Assembly: GCF_009914755.1 (NCBI RefSeq) | Contig: NC_060940.1 | Strand: one strand, 5' to 3' | DNA from: the human T2T-CHM13v2.0 reference genome, Homo sapiens | DNA: 64,000 nucleotides | Shown: in pieces, positions 1 to 60,899 of the stretch | Layout: each line of letters starts with the position of its first letter | Numbering within the stretch: position 1 is the stretch's first letter | Notes under the pieces: generated by a model | The model's input: only the letters and a program-made list of their open reading frames with translations | What the model was told of the DNA's origin: nothing | The model's database searches: none | Position numbers and translations under genes: made by a program

Positions 1-2058
<2,058 letters not shown>

Positions 2059-2664
2059 TTATTTCCCTGAGTGAATTCCCATTGGGTTCCCCAGCCTCCC
2101 TTTCCTGGAAACCAAGAACAGGAACTGATCAGCAGGGCACAAACTCCCACCTGTTCCTGCCGAGGGTCCTGGGTTCTTCTAAGGGGTGATCCCAGCCGGG
2201 GCACCGAGCTGGGGGCTCTGCAGACCAAACAGGCAAAAGGCCGTTTCTTCACAGGCAGCAGACAAGTTCCCACTGCCCGTGCATCTGATTCCCCGCCCCC
2301 GCCCCCGCTCTTTCGCAGCCCCAGCCGAGGGAGGAAGCCTGCGGTCACTGCCATCACTGCCTGCCTCTGTGGCAGCCAGGCCTGGTCCTCAGGGAAGCTC
2401 TGAAGCTGGGCAGCGTGTGCCCAAGCCATGCCTCTCACTGCCTTGAGGTCTTGGATAAGCTACAGAGCCCCAGGAGCCTCAACCCCCTCCTCGCCTGTAA
2501 AGCAAGGGTCCTGCCTGCTGCTGCTCAGAGGAGGGTTGAGTGAGACACCCGCGTGGAACACACCTGGGAAACAGCATGTGCTCTCCTGCCTTTTGGGAGG
2601 ACACAAACTTCAGGTACTTCGCAGACAACTAACGTACCAGCCGTGATATGCCATGATATCCCAC

Positions 2665-2883
2665 GGGGAGGGGAGAAGAGGGGAGGGGAGGGGAGAGGAG
2701 GAGAATGGAGGGGAAGAGAGGGGAGGGGAGGGGAAGAGAGGGGAGGAGAGGGGAGGGGAAGAGAGGGGAGGGGAGGAGAGGGGAGGGGAGGAGAGGGGAG
2801 GGGAGGGGAGGGGAAGGAAGGAGAGGGGAAGGGAGGGGAGGGAGGGGAGGGGAGGGGAGGGAGGGGAGGGGAGGGGAGGGGAA
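2665..2883 (+). repeat. Polypurine (GGGGA/GGAGA)n tract
   Basis: About 220 bp, all A/G except one T. Confidence 0.95.
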
Positions 2884-5218
2884 GCCTCACTCTCATCCCC
2901 CATGGCTGGCCTCAGTAAACATCCTCCTCTCCCACCCACCTGCTCTCCGGGAGCCGACCTGCGGGCCCCTGCCACCTGCCTGCCTGAAGCTGGCATTCGG
3001 CTCCATCCATGCTCAGGGTGCTACCTTGCCGACGTCAGCAATGGACCTGCCTGGGCACCTGTGGCTTGAAGTCTGGCCTGGAACCTGCCTGCTTGCCTCG
3101 GCGGCCAGCTGAGAGTTAGAAGGTTGGCATTAGGACCCCGCAATGTGGCCAGGAACCCTGTGACAAACCCCTACCAGCAGCAAAGGGGGCACTGAGGCCC
3201 CTAAGCTGTGGCGAGGAAGCTGGGATGAAGACGCCGATCCGTCCCTGGCTCTCACCATCCCCACCTCGCCAGTAAAACCAGAGCCCAACTGGATGCGCTG
3301 ATGGGAAGGACGCGGCCAACACTAACCTGGAGACCAAGGGCCCAGGCTGGAGCGCAGATGCTGCCCCGAGTGAAGATGAACCACGTGCTCTCCTGCAGCC
3401 ACCCATGTGGTCTTGTGGCCCCGCGTGGTCTCGTGGAGTAAATGCAGTGCTCGGGGCTTCAGAGACAGGCACAGTGGGCTGGAACCGGGATCCGCCCCGC
3501 CCTCCAAGCTCGGCCCCCAGTAGGGTCTCTGAGGAGCAGCGGTGGCTGCTCGGGCCCTGCTTGGGAGGGTACAGAATTGCTGACTGCTCCGGGCAGCAGT
3601 GGGGATGAGCTGAGCATCACCCGGGTGAAGAGCTGGAAGTCCTGGAACCAGCCTGGCCCCCAGCTCAGTACCCGCAGGCGCCTCTGCCCTGCTGACTCAC
3701 CCACCCCCGCTTCTGGCCCACCCAGTGGCTGGCTTTCCTGGGGGCCTGGTCAGAGCTGAAAGGGGAGCGACCGGCCCCCTGCCGCCTGCCATGTCCTGCC
3801 CACACTTCTGGGTCCAGACCCTCCGGGCTGCTTGAGGGTGGAGCAGGTCATGTGTGGCCCTCGGAGTCCAGGCTTTCAGGCAGTACCCAGGACAGAGGAG
3901 GTTTTCACAGACAGTCCTTTCCTCACTCTGAGGCTCCCACGTGCATTTGGAGCATTTGGTGCATTTGGTGACTCTGGCCCCGTGCTGATCCCACAGATGG
4001 AGGTCACAGTGAGGCGCAGAGCCCTGCGTGGGTGGCTGGGTGGCGTCCTCTCATGCCCTGGGGCTCTGGTTGGGAGCAACAAAGGGAGAAAGGAGGTCTG
4101 GGGGCATTCAGGCCCAAGGGAGCAGGACAGGGACCTTCTGTCTTCAGTCCCCTCCTCTCGGCTCAACACAGCAGCCATACCCCCTCCTCACTGCTCAGTC
4201 CCCCCACTGCACCAACCACACAGGGCCATGGAATCCCCCAGGGCCATTGTCCTCAGTCCCGACTCCCCTTGGAATGCTGTCCCCCACCTGCCAAATCCCT
4301 CCTCCACCTTCCAGCAGTCCCTGCCTCTGAGCCCTTCCTGACTGCCCAGAGCTCACCTCACTCTGCTTCGACCCCTTGAGGCTCCCCTAGCATGTCCTCG
4401 GGATGTAACCATCTGTGGCCCTGGGGCTCCCTGGAGCTATGTCTCAGGTGACTGTATCCCCAGGGCCATGAGGAGGTTCACTCCATGCCTGACGAGTGAC
4501 CATGAGGTCAGTGGCCACTGCAGATGACTGACCACTCACCACAGCCACCGGGCCACAGCTCAGCGTGTCCACAGGCAGTGACGTCACATGGGCCCTGGCC
4601 GAGCCCTTCCCCTGCCCACTCCTGCCCCTGCCTTTTGCTCAGAGCTTCTTTGTTGCCAGGGAGGCCGAGATGCCCAGGACCCACCCACGCCCATGGGCGC
4701 CATCCAGAGGGGAGCACAGCTGACCCTCCGTCAATGAGAGCTGGTGCAGAAACTCTTCTCCCCCTCCCCTGCACAGCATGAGGTGTGTTCCACCCGCTGC
4801 CTGGAGGACCCTCGTGTGTGACTGTGTGGTCGGCTGCACGTTGACATGGCCAGCTCCAGGACGCGCCGTCCATGGGCTCCTGTCCGTCCTGCCTCACTCT
4901 CCCCGCCGCTCACGCCTCTCTGGGGTTGCCCACCCCAGCAGGAAGGCTCTGCCTCGGGCTCTGCCTTCCGGGCATTCGGGGTTGAGAGAGCCCCCATCAA
5001 GAAAGCGTGTGTTTCCGGGGCACTCCCAACAGCAGCTGGTCTGAGGACAGCGCAGACCCCACAGCGGGGGCCCCTGGACAGAGATAAGGCCCCCCACACC
5101 CCCAGAGGGCAGCTCTCCCCATAGACATGTTCGCCGCATGGGCCAACCACCCTCATGTCCACTGGGAACCTCCCTCTCAGGTTCCTTTGAGCTTCCCGGC
5201 CTGACCTGCAGACCTCGG

Positions 5219-5299
5219 CCCCAAGCTGGCAGTTACTGGGGCGGAGCTCAGCCCGGGGGCCCCAAGCTGGCAGTTACTGGGGCGGAGCTCAGCCCGGGG
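5219..5299. repeat. 41-bp tandem duplication
   Basis: ccaagctggcagttactggggcggagctcagcccgggg at 5221 and 5262. Confidence 0.95.
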
Positions 5300-5519
5300 A
5301 ACACTCCACCCCTGCAGCAGGGCTACACCGTCGCCAGGCAGAACGTCTCCCACCGGCAAGCCTCGAACCCGGGGTGTAAAGCCGTGACAGTCCATAGGGG
5401 GTTTTACCTGGGAAGTCTCCTGGTCCCATTAAAGAAAGCAAGCAAGCAGCCCAGGCCTCCTTATATTCCCACCGATTCCCTCCGCCCTCTATATTCCCAT
5501 CCATTGCTACTTGAATTGA

Positions 5520-9024
<3,505 letters not shown>

Positions 9025-9232
9025 GGCTGGGCATGGTGACTCACACCTGTAATCCCAGCACTTTGGGAGGCCGCGGCGGGTGGATCACCTGAGGTCAGGA
9101 GTTTGAGACGAGGCTGGCCAACATGGCAAAACCCTGTCTCTACTAAAAATACAAAAATTAGCCGGGCGTGGTGGCAGGTGCCTATAATCCCAGCTACTCG
9201 GGAGGCTGAGGCGGGAGAATCGCTTGAACCCC
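9025..9232 (+). mobile_element. 3'-truncated Alu
   Basis: Alu consensus stops abruptly at cgcttgaaccc with no tail. Confidence 0.9.
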
Positions 9233-9549
9233 GCAGAGGCCAGGCTCTTGGCAGGCACTCATGAATACCAGCTGATCAAATGGATGGAGGCACAGACCCT
9301 GGTCTCCAGGTTTCTCCAGGGTAAATATCCACAGACAGGGGTTCTGGCACCTTGGCCATGATGGCTCTCTCTCCTGAAGGCACTTGAGCAGGCTAAGTCC
9401 TCTTAGCACCCCATACCCATAAGCCAACATGGCCTGTCTGGGGGAGCCTGGATGGAACAGAGCAGAAAAGGGCCTTCACCTCCCTTACACTAGACTCTAT
9501 ATTTCTACTAATGCAGCCTCATATAGATCAACCCTTGTGACCATGCTTT

Positions 9550-9900
9550 AATTACAGCATCTTGGGTTAGAAGAGCTAGAAACCCACTCAGAGGCACTTC
9601 AGGCAAAAGAGGCAAATATATGGGCAGGAATAGGCTACTTCATTAAAATCTAGGGCAGCCTGGAGGGCTGGCAGGCCTCTCAAGAGACCACACTGGAAAC
9701 TCTTCAAAGCCATCTGGGCTAGCAGCTGTGTCTGGCTGCCTCTGTCTTCACACCACAATGAAAGGCAGCCAATAGCTTACTCCTACTGGAGGCTCCAGTC
9801 CCAGGACAGGATCTGATTGGCTCAGCTGTGCACCTCTAGCCCAATCAGTTGTGACTGGGAGGCAGGGCTATACAGCACAAATGTGCAGCTGAATGAACTC
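9550..9900. mobile_element. Old MaLR (MLT1K/L-like) LTR fragment
   Basis: agaaacccactca... and tctgattggctcagc...ccaatcagttgtgactgggaggcagg motifs. Confidence 0.45.
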
Positions 9901-11172
9901 CATCACTGCAGGTGAACAAGGCAATTTTCCAAGGACCCCTCCAAGGCAGAAGTCATCCTGAATGGCCTACTCTCCAGGGGTGACATTGAAAATACTGAGC
10001 AGTTGCCATGGCTGGATCCTGAGCCACCATAATTGACATGGGCCATTGCACTCAGGCCGGGCATGGCCCCCAAGGCACTGGGTGCCCCCTTCCAACCTGT
10101 TGGTTGTGAGTTGTGAACACCGGCCCCACCCTCAGCCTCCCAGCTCCCAACACTTCTGAAGCCTGGCCCCTTGCCCCACACAGAGCCAGACCCAAGCTAC
10201 ATTCATGCCTGCACTCTTACCAGCCCCTGTGCACTGTACTTCTGGGTCCAAGCTCATTCCAGAGCCTGCTTCTGCCCCCGGCTGGAGCCCCAGGGCTGGC
10301 CACGATGACAGCAACTGCCATGGCCCCTTCCCTCCCAGGAGGCTCGGGAGCCACCTCTTGAGGTGAGTGGTGACAGGTGCTGCTGTGCTGAAGTCAGGAA
10401 GGAAGCCCCCATCCTGAGGTGGTCTCTGGGAGCATCTCATGACCATGGGCCTAACCTTGGCCCCTGGCATGGCTCCAGGAGTCCAGCGCAGTACCCTGTG
10501 GTTCCGGCTGGTGCGTGGGCAGGTGGCAGGAGAGAAGAAATGCTGGAGTCGCCTTGGCATTTTGAAGGCCTTGGAGACGCTTCTGGCAGCATCCTGTCCA
10601 TCAGCTTATCTATGGAAGGCAGGGACCGGGCCAAACGGTTGCACCAGCAGCCAGATGTGGAGCAGTTGCTTGTGGTTAAGTGCCGCTAACGCTGCCTCTC
10701 TGAGACCAGCTGTTTCCTTATTCTCAATGGGAGACAGAGTGGGGAGCCGCCACGTCACCAGGGGAGGTGACAGCTCCCTCCTACCTGACAAACGGTTACG
10801 ATGTCAAGGATTTGCAAGGTCCCCTTACTGCAGATGGTCCTAAGGAGAGGATGCGTCTGTAATTCATGCTCCCATTACAGCTCTAACATTTTACATTTTC
10901 CCTCTTTCATACGTAGCCGACTTCTATTTGGTTTGTGTTCCACTATGACTCCCAGATCACTTTCTGCCCCCTTTGAGAAAAGCCAGGATCCCCATCTTGA
11001 TTAGAACAGAATGGAATATTACAGCTGAAGAGACTCCCAAGCAAGGGTCGCCACGCAGAGCTGTGCCAGCTAAGGCCTGCACAAGGGTTCCTGGCCAAGG
11101 GAGCAGCGGGGGCTGAGATCCCCGTGGCTCCACTTGTCAAGCCGTTTTTCACAAAGGTGCCTTATGAGCTAA

Positions 11173-13862
<2,690 letters not shown>

Positions 13863-13889
13863 AGAAATAGTTTTAAAAAAAGAAATAAG

Positions 13890-18798
<4,909 letters not shown>

Positions 18799-19235
18799 GC
18801 CTGGGGGCCACTGTGGACAGACGTGGGCTTCAGAAGCTCGCTGGCCTGGGCCCACCAGCATTTTCTTTTATGAACATGATACACTTTGGCCTTCCTTTCC
18901 CCAGCGCCCCTGAGGGCCAGAGGCAGATGTGGGCTGCAGGCTGCACAGCCCGAGGGTCTCTGGCTGCGGGCGGTGGGCCCCTTCATGGGGCTCACCTGGT
19001 GGATTCACATTAAACCGGTTTCTGTGGGCACCTCTGTCCTTGCTGCTGGTGGGGAAGGGAAGCCAGATCCAGCACCCCCTGGGGGGCCATCGGGAGTGTG
19101 GCTGGGGGTGAAGGGGGCTCTGTGGCAATATGGGGTTGGGTAGTGTGGGTGGCAGGCCATCCCCTCTAATCTTGGAACCTCTGAATATGGGACCTCCCAC
19201 AGCAAAGGGTGACTTTTGTCATTAAGAAAGACTGG

Positions 19236-19530
<295 letters not shown>

Positions 19531-19753
19531 TTTCAAGACTGGAGAGGTGATCCTGAATTGTCCAGCTACGCCCCATGTCATCACAGGGCCTTCATGACAG
19601 GGCCAGAGCCAGCCAGCTTTGAAGACGCGGCCCTGCCCCGACACAGGCAGCCTGGAGAAGCTGGGCAGGACAAGTAGGACATCCCTGGAGCCTCCAGAAG
19701 GGACTGGCCTCTGCCCACACCTTGACTTCAGTATTTCTGACCTCCTAAACTCT

Positions 19754-19759
19754 AATAAA
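19754..19759 (+). terminator. CDT1: CDT1 polyadenylation signal AATAAA
   Basis: First AATAAA I found after the stop codon, about 960 nt downstream; lies within an MLT1-type LTR. Confidence 0.8.
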
Positions 19760-20002
19760 GTCATGCTTACAGCCACTAGATCTGCAGAAGAGCCCTCGCT
19801 TGCTCCCCTAGAAGATGGGCCCACATGGCCTCTTCCTGCAGTGCCTGGAGGGTTCTAGCTCCTGAGGTGAGAACCAGGACAGGTTCTGCTGGGCATCACG
19901 CCAAGCAGCACATGCCCACAGTACAGCTGAAGTCTGGTGTTGTCCTGGGGCTCCCTGCCCTGGGGAACAGGAGGACAGGAGACGGCTCTTGTGGGAAAGC
20001 TG

Positions 20003-20008
20003 TTTACT
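20003..20008 (-). terminator. APRT: Probable APRT variant poly(A) signal AGTAAA
   Basis: tttact on + strand about 210 nt past the stop; I saw no AATAAA on the minus strand between the APRT stop and the CDT1 3' end. Confidence 0.6.
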
Positions 20009-20217
20009 GCGTTCTCCCGCTGTGTGTAATTGGGTTCAGTGTGGCTGAAACACAGCTTTGCCCCAGGCTTTGGCACTTCCAGCCCCAGGAGAGGCGCTGA
20101 ACCCCAGCAAAGGAATGTGTTCCCTGTGGGCAGCCGGTGCCCCTGGTCACTGCAGTTGCCCAAGGCTGATATTTCCCTGGGATCCAGCTGGAGATGTTGG
20201 GCTGGGAGGCCCTGTGG

Positions 20218-22419
<2,202 letters not shown>

Positions 22420-23117
22420 GGCCGCGTGCGAAGAGCCAGCGGCAGCCCGAGCGCGCCTGCGCGGGGACGGGCGGGACCGCCACGAGGGGTGGGGCATCCC
22501 CGGAGGGCGGAGCGTGGGTGAGGGGCGGGGCATCCGTCGCCGGAAGCCTGTACCGTATTTCATGGACTCCTAGGCGCCATCGATTTTAAGACGCGCTCGC
22601 ATTCCACGCACCACTGAGCAGAACGTTCGAACCGGACAAAAGTGCGAGTCAAGGCGCCCTTCCTTGTCTCGGGCTACGCTTCTGACTGCAGCCAGGCAGC
22701 TGTGGGCCGGGGCCTTGGCGGCTGGAGGAGGGGCGTGAGCTGGTCTCGCCCACGCACCTGGCGCGCGTACGGGCCGCGCCCTTTCTCCTTTATTGGCCGA
22801 GATCCCCACGCTGCGCGCGGGAGGCTGGCGCGCGGGGTGGAGAAGGGCGTGAGGAAGCGGTCCAAGTAGCAGGAGGGCGGTGCAGGGCCCGGAGGGAGCA
22901 GCCCAGGGCGGAGGCGGCGGGCCTGGGCTGGACCGGCCGGGGGCGCTGGCCTCTCGCGGATGGGCCCTGCCGTTGAGGCGGCTCTTCCCCGCCCGGACCC
23001 GGGGGAGGGAGGCCGGAAGGTGTGGCCAGGCCAGGGCGCGCATCCGCGAGGGCAGAAGCCCTTCTGTCCGCCTGCAGAGGCCAGGTGACCCCTTAGCCTT
23101 GGGGTGGGGAGCTGTGA

Positions 23118-23544
<427 letters not shown>

Positions 23545-24200
23545 CATCATTTCGCAACTTTTACAATTCAGCTTTGGCCTGGCAGTTACTGCAGAAGGGA
23601 AAACCCACTCAGTGGAAGGCAGCCCCCAGGAGCCTTCGGAGGGGGAGGCCGGAGGCTGCATGCGGCTGCTGGGTCCCCGGTTCCAGGGCGGGTGGGGGAC
23701 CCATCGTCTGATGCCAAGGGGCGTGGTAGGGGCGGCTGCCTCGCAGTGTGCGGTGGTCAGGGCTGGCAAGGCCTGGGGCCTGGGCTCCAGACCCCTAGGG
23801 AAGGTGGAAATGGAGGACCCTGACATCCTCACGTCCCCGGGGAAGCTGCCACATGAGCCGGCCCCACCGGTCCAAGTGTGTGAGCTACACTTCAGCCGTC
23901 CACGTCCAGCCCAGGAGGCCTCCGCCTTCCCCTTCCTTGTTCCTGATTCTGTCTCCCAGATGGCCCGAGGGGGGCCTGGGAAGGCGTGGGGTGGGGGGGT
24001 ACTGGAGGAGGGGCCTGGGGAGGGTTCAACACAGAATTGGCCCTGTGGCTTCCTTCAACCCGGGCTGTTGGGCTGGCGTGGGAACAGCAAGGAGCCCCGA
24101 GTCCTGCCCTTCAACAACCAATGTGGCGCTGGCCTCTGGAGGAGGCCGGCCGGGAGGCAGCGGGAGCTGGGCACCTGATTCTTGGCAGCTGCTGAGAAGG

Positions 24201-24687
24201 TGTGAAAGGAAAATAAATCTCCGGACCCCAAAATCACTCAGCCAAGAGAAAAATCAAGCTGGGAATTAGGCAAACCTGCCTCCCGTTTTATTTCTAAATA
24301 ACATAGTTACAATGATAAGAAGCTACACGCCTCCCTCATAATTAGCGTCCAGGGAAATTCCTTGTGGACAAAGGACAGACGGAACTGGAAGTCATCCCTC
24401 TGGGGCTCCCCTGAGACAAACGCTTATATGATTGCCCCGTTCCCTTACTGTTTACATAAAAATGCGGATTCACTGGGCCAGACTCAATCGTGTATTCAGT
24501 GGAAGGCTGACTGAACCAATGTACGCCATACACATACTGATCTTGTGTCTCCCTAAGATGTATAAAGGCAAACTGTATCCCCAGCCACCTCAGGCACCTG
24601 TTGTCAGGACCTCCTGAGGCTGTCACAGGTGCATCCTTAACCTTGGCAAAATAAACTGAGACTGGTCTCAGATATTTGGGGTTCACA
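24201..24687 (+). mobile_element. Solo ERV1 LTR, MER4 group
   Basis: TG...CA termini (tgtgaaaggaaaataaatc...ggggttcaca); 4-bp TSD aagg at 24197-24200 and 24688-24691; internal TATAAA (~24562) and AATAAA (~24649); 5' end matches the MER4-family start as I recall it. Confidence 0.85.
24287..24292 (-). terminator. GALNS: GALNS polyadenylation signal AATAAA
   Basis: tttatt on + strand about 670 nt past the stop, inside the antisense MER4-type LTR. Confidence 0.75.
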
Positions 24688-24703
24688 AAGGCGTGAGACG
24701 GCA

Positions 24704-24778
24704 GGGTCCTGAGGTCTGAGGCGCCGTGGGCGAGGAGGAGGGTCCTGAAATCTGAGGCGCCGTGGGCGAGGAGGAGGG
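24704..24778. repeat. 36-bp tandem duplication in the GALNS 3'UTR
   Basis: tctgaggcgccgtgggcgaggaggaggg at 24715 and 24751. Confidence 0.92.
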
Positions 24779-24958
24779 CCAAGCACACGCCAGGGTCAGG
24801 TCCTGGGCAGGTGGAATTGTGCAGTCCCCCTGCGTCTGCAGGTGCTGTCTGTCTGGCTTGGGCAGGGTTGGGGGAGGACCGAGGCCAGAGCCATCCTTCC
24901 TCCAGGCACTTGCAGGGCCAACCGGAGATTCTAGGCCTGGCCTGAGTCTGCGCAGGTG

Positions 24959-53462
<28,504 letters not shown>

Positions 53463-53649
53463 GTCAGCCCACGCTGTCTTTCGCCTCCACTTCTGCTTGG
53501 TCTTCAGGTGGGGAATGTGTCCGTCTGCCTCCTCCCAGCCTGACACCAGCATCTGCATGCTCGCAGGAGCTGGCCTCTAAACACGTGCATCTATTTTCAA
53601 CATAAATACACAGGCCCTCGTATGTCTGTACACGTCTAGATTTCAAAGT

Positions 53650-54555
53650 CAACTGGTAACTGTCCCCCAGAAGCCCAGTTATCGTGTGACCCTGCAGTTC
53701 CACGCTGCAACTCCACTCCTAGCTGTACACCCAAGAGACTGAAACTTACGTCCACACGCAGGCCTGCATACGAGCGTCCAGGGCAGCACGACTCAGTGGC
53801 CAAAAGGCAGGAGCACCCTGAGCGCCCATCGGCAGACGACAAAGTGCGGCCGGCGTGTACTACGTGGGTGTGGCCACATTTGGAAGTAGGGTCTCTGCAG
53901 ATGTAGTGAGCTAAGATGAGGTCACGCTGGGCCAGGGTGGGCCCTCAATCCTATGACTGGGCCCTTAGAGACGCAGACATGCAGTAGAGATGCCGGGTGA
54001 AGGCCGAGGCCGAGACTGGAGTGACGCAGCCACCAGCCAGGGGACAGCAAGGACCTTCCTGGAGAGCCTGAGGGGGAGGGGCCCGGCTGACACCTTGATT
54101 TTGCACTTCTGGCCTCCAGAATCCGGCAAGAATCCATTTCCGCTGTCTGAGGCCACCTGGCCTGTGGTAACGTGTTGTCTCGGGAAACTCACGCACGTAC
54201 CGCGGCACACTACCCAACCATCGAAAGGAAGGGCACCCCACACCGCGCACGGCCCTGGAAAGCTTCATGTGAGGGAAGGAAGCAGACACAAGGGCCACAC
54301 AGGCTGTGATTTGCTCATTAAGCCTCCGGAACAGGCCGGTCCGCAGAGGCAGGAGGCGGCTGAGTGGCTGCCGGGGCTGGGGGTGGGTGCTGGGGAGGGC
54401 CTGCTGATGAGTACCGGTTTCTTCTTGGGATGGACTGTTTGGAAGCAGGTAGAAGGGATGGAGGCACCACGCTGTGAATGGACTGTGCCCGAGTGGTGCA
54501 CGTTAAGGTGGCTGTCATGGTCAATTTTACGTTCTGTGTATTTTACAATAAAAAC
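53650..54555 (+). mobile_element. L1M 3' fragment interrupted by an MLT1-type LTR (~53870-54190)
   Basis: gacccTgcagttccac...tcctagctgtacacccaagagactgaaac (L1M); tttggaagtagggtctctgcagatgtagt...gacaccttgattttgcacttctggcctccagaa (MLT1). Confidence 0.7.
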
Positions 54556-55186
54556 CCCAAGCAGGAGGACGGGTGAGCACAGGGCAGGAAGCACGGAGGC
54601 TGGGGTGATGCCAGGAGGCCGGGGTGATGCCAGGTGTGATGGCACCAGCACAGCAAATGCCCACGGCAAACTCCGGAGGTGAGTGGCAGCGGCGGTGTTC
54701 ACTGAAAACTTCTTCAAATTTTACAGTGTGTATTGTTGGAAAAAAGTGCTTTTAAACAGGCAGTGGGCCAGGACTTTGCTCTAGAAGGAGAAGGGGAGGG
54801 CACCGCCTGGGGCTTTGGCTCTCCTCGGATCCTCCAGCCGTCTCCCTGAGCGCCCACCTCAGCAGGAGCCTGGTAGAAGCCAACACTCCGAGGCCCCTCT
54901 GTCTGGCCTGTCTTCCTTCCTTAAGGACATATTCCCTCCTGAGGTGCTCCAAGCACCAACCAAGACACCAGTGAAGTGACTGTGCCTGCCTGGGCCCCTG
55001 CCCTCTACAGGCCGCCTTCAGCAGCTTCGGCAGCACAAACACACAACACCTGGGAAAGACAACACATTCTAAACACAACGACCAAGTTCACAGGCCCAGC
55101 TGAATTCAACCACCACGTTCACAGGCCCAGCTGCATTCAACGCATATTTATTTCTGAAACCAATCTGAATGCAAATATGGATATTT

Positions 55187-55817
55187 AGAGCTGGCATCAG
55201 CAAATGCATTATGTAAAGGGCCTCACAGCAAATCCTTTCAGCTTTGTGGGCCATATGGGGCTGTCACAGCCCCTCAGCCCTGCCACAAGCCAGCATGCGA
55301 GCAGATGTGCACGCTCTGTGCCAATAAAACTTTATTCATCAACATCTGAATTTCATATAATTTTTCATGTCACAAAATATTACTCTTTTGGTTTTTTGAA
55401 CAATTTAAAATTATAAAACCCATGCCTGGCTTATGGGTTTAAAAAACGGCAGGTGGTGGGCCGGGCTCGGTGGCTCACGCCTGTAATCCCAGCACCGTGG
55501 GAGGCCGAGGCGGGCGGATCACCAGGTCAGGAGATCGAGACCATCCTGGCTAACATGGTGAAACCCCGCCTCTACTAAAAATACAAAAAATTAGCCAGGC
55601 ATGGTGGTGGGCACCTGTAGTCCCGGCTACTCGGAGTACAGTAGCCGGCAGGAGAATCGCTTGAACCTGGGAGGCGGAGGTTGCAGTGAGCCAAGATTGT
55701 ACCACTGCACTCCAGCCTGGGCAACAGAGGGAGACTCCGTCCCAAAACCACAACAACAACAAAACCCAGCAGGTGGTTCACATTTGACCCATGGGCTGGA
55801 GTTGGCCAACCTCTGTC
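55187..55817. mobile_element. MER58-like DNA transposon split by an Alu (~55459-55760)
   Basis: gctttgtgggccat...gtgccaataaaactttatt and tttgacccatgggctggagttggccaacctctg. Confidence 0.65.
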
Positions 55818-55859
55818 TTAGTGAAAGTGCAGCTACCCTATCTTAAAAGGCAATCATGG

Positions 55860-60118
<4,259 letters not shown>

Positions 60119-60899
60119 TGAGATGGTTTATTTTGAAGTCACTGAAATGGCTTTTCTGAGGACAATGGAGGCTGGAATGAAAGGAGGACCTAGAGAGAGG
60201 TGTCCCCTGAAGCTGATGAGGAAGAAAGGGAGGTGGGAGGACAGGGGGCAGGACGCCCGCAGAGCTGCTCATGGGCTGAGAAGGGACCTTGGGCTCAGTG
60301 GCACCTAGTCACAGTGGGCGAATGCGCCCATGTCAGGGTGAGGTGCATCCCACTGAGGCAGCAGAAACCTGCAGTGCAGGCTGGGACGGTACAGCTCCCT
60401 GAGGCCAGCCTGAGGGGGACTGGCCACACACGCCCAAAGCTCCTTGCCCTCCACCTCCCCGAGTGCAGATTCATCCTCTCAGGTGGCTTCTGCACTTCCT
60501 GCTGTCTCCAGTCCAGGTGGGAGAGTACAGAATGGCAGGTGGGCCGGGGGCACAAGGCCTGGGATGGGAGGGAGCAGTATGTTTCGCCCGTTACACTGTC
60601 TGCCCATGCCCAGGACCACTGCTGGGCTCCCTTCGGGCTGGGAGTGAGGCCGCACATCTGAATACTGGGTGCCATGTGCCCGACCCTCCCTGCAGGCTGC
60701 GTCCTGAGGCTTCCCGAGGCGGGTCTGGCCTCCCCAGAAGGTCGGCAGTCAGCAGAGCTGCGTCCGGATCTGCTTGTGCTCACCTGGGTCATCCTCCTAC
60801 CTGTTCCAGGCCACAAATAACATGAATGGATGCAGCGGAAAATGCTGTAAAGGGAGTGGGCTCCACGCTCATCACTCACCAGAAAATACTGCGGGGAGG

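Noticed and set aside
10113-10843. Cluster of 60-140 aa ORFs in unique sequence, considered as a processed pseudogene
   Set aside because: I recognise no protein similarity, poly(A) tail or TSD. A BLASTX search would be needed to settle it.
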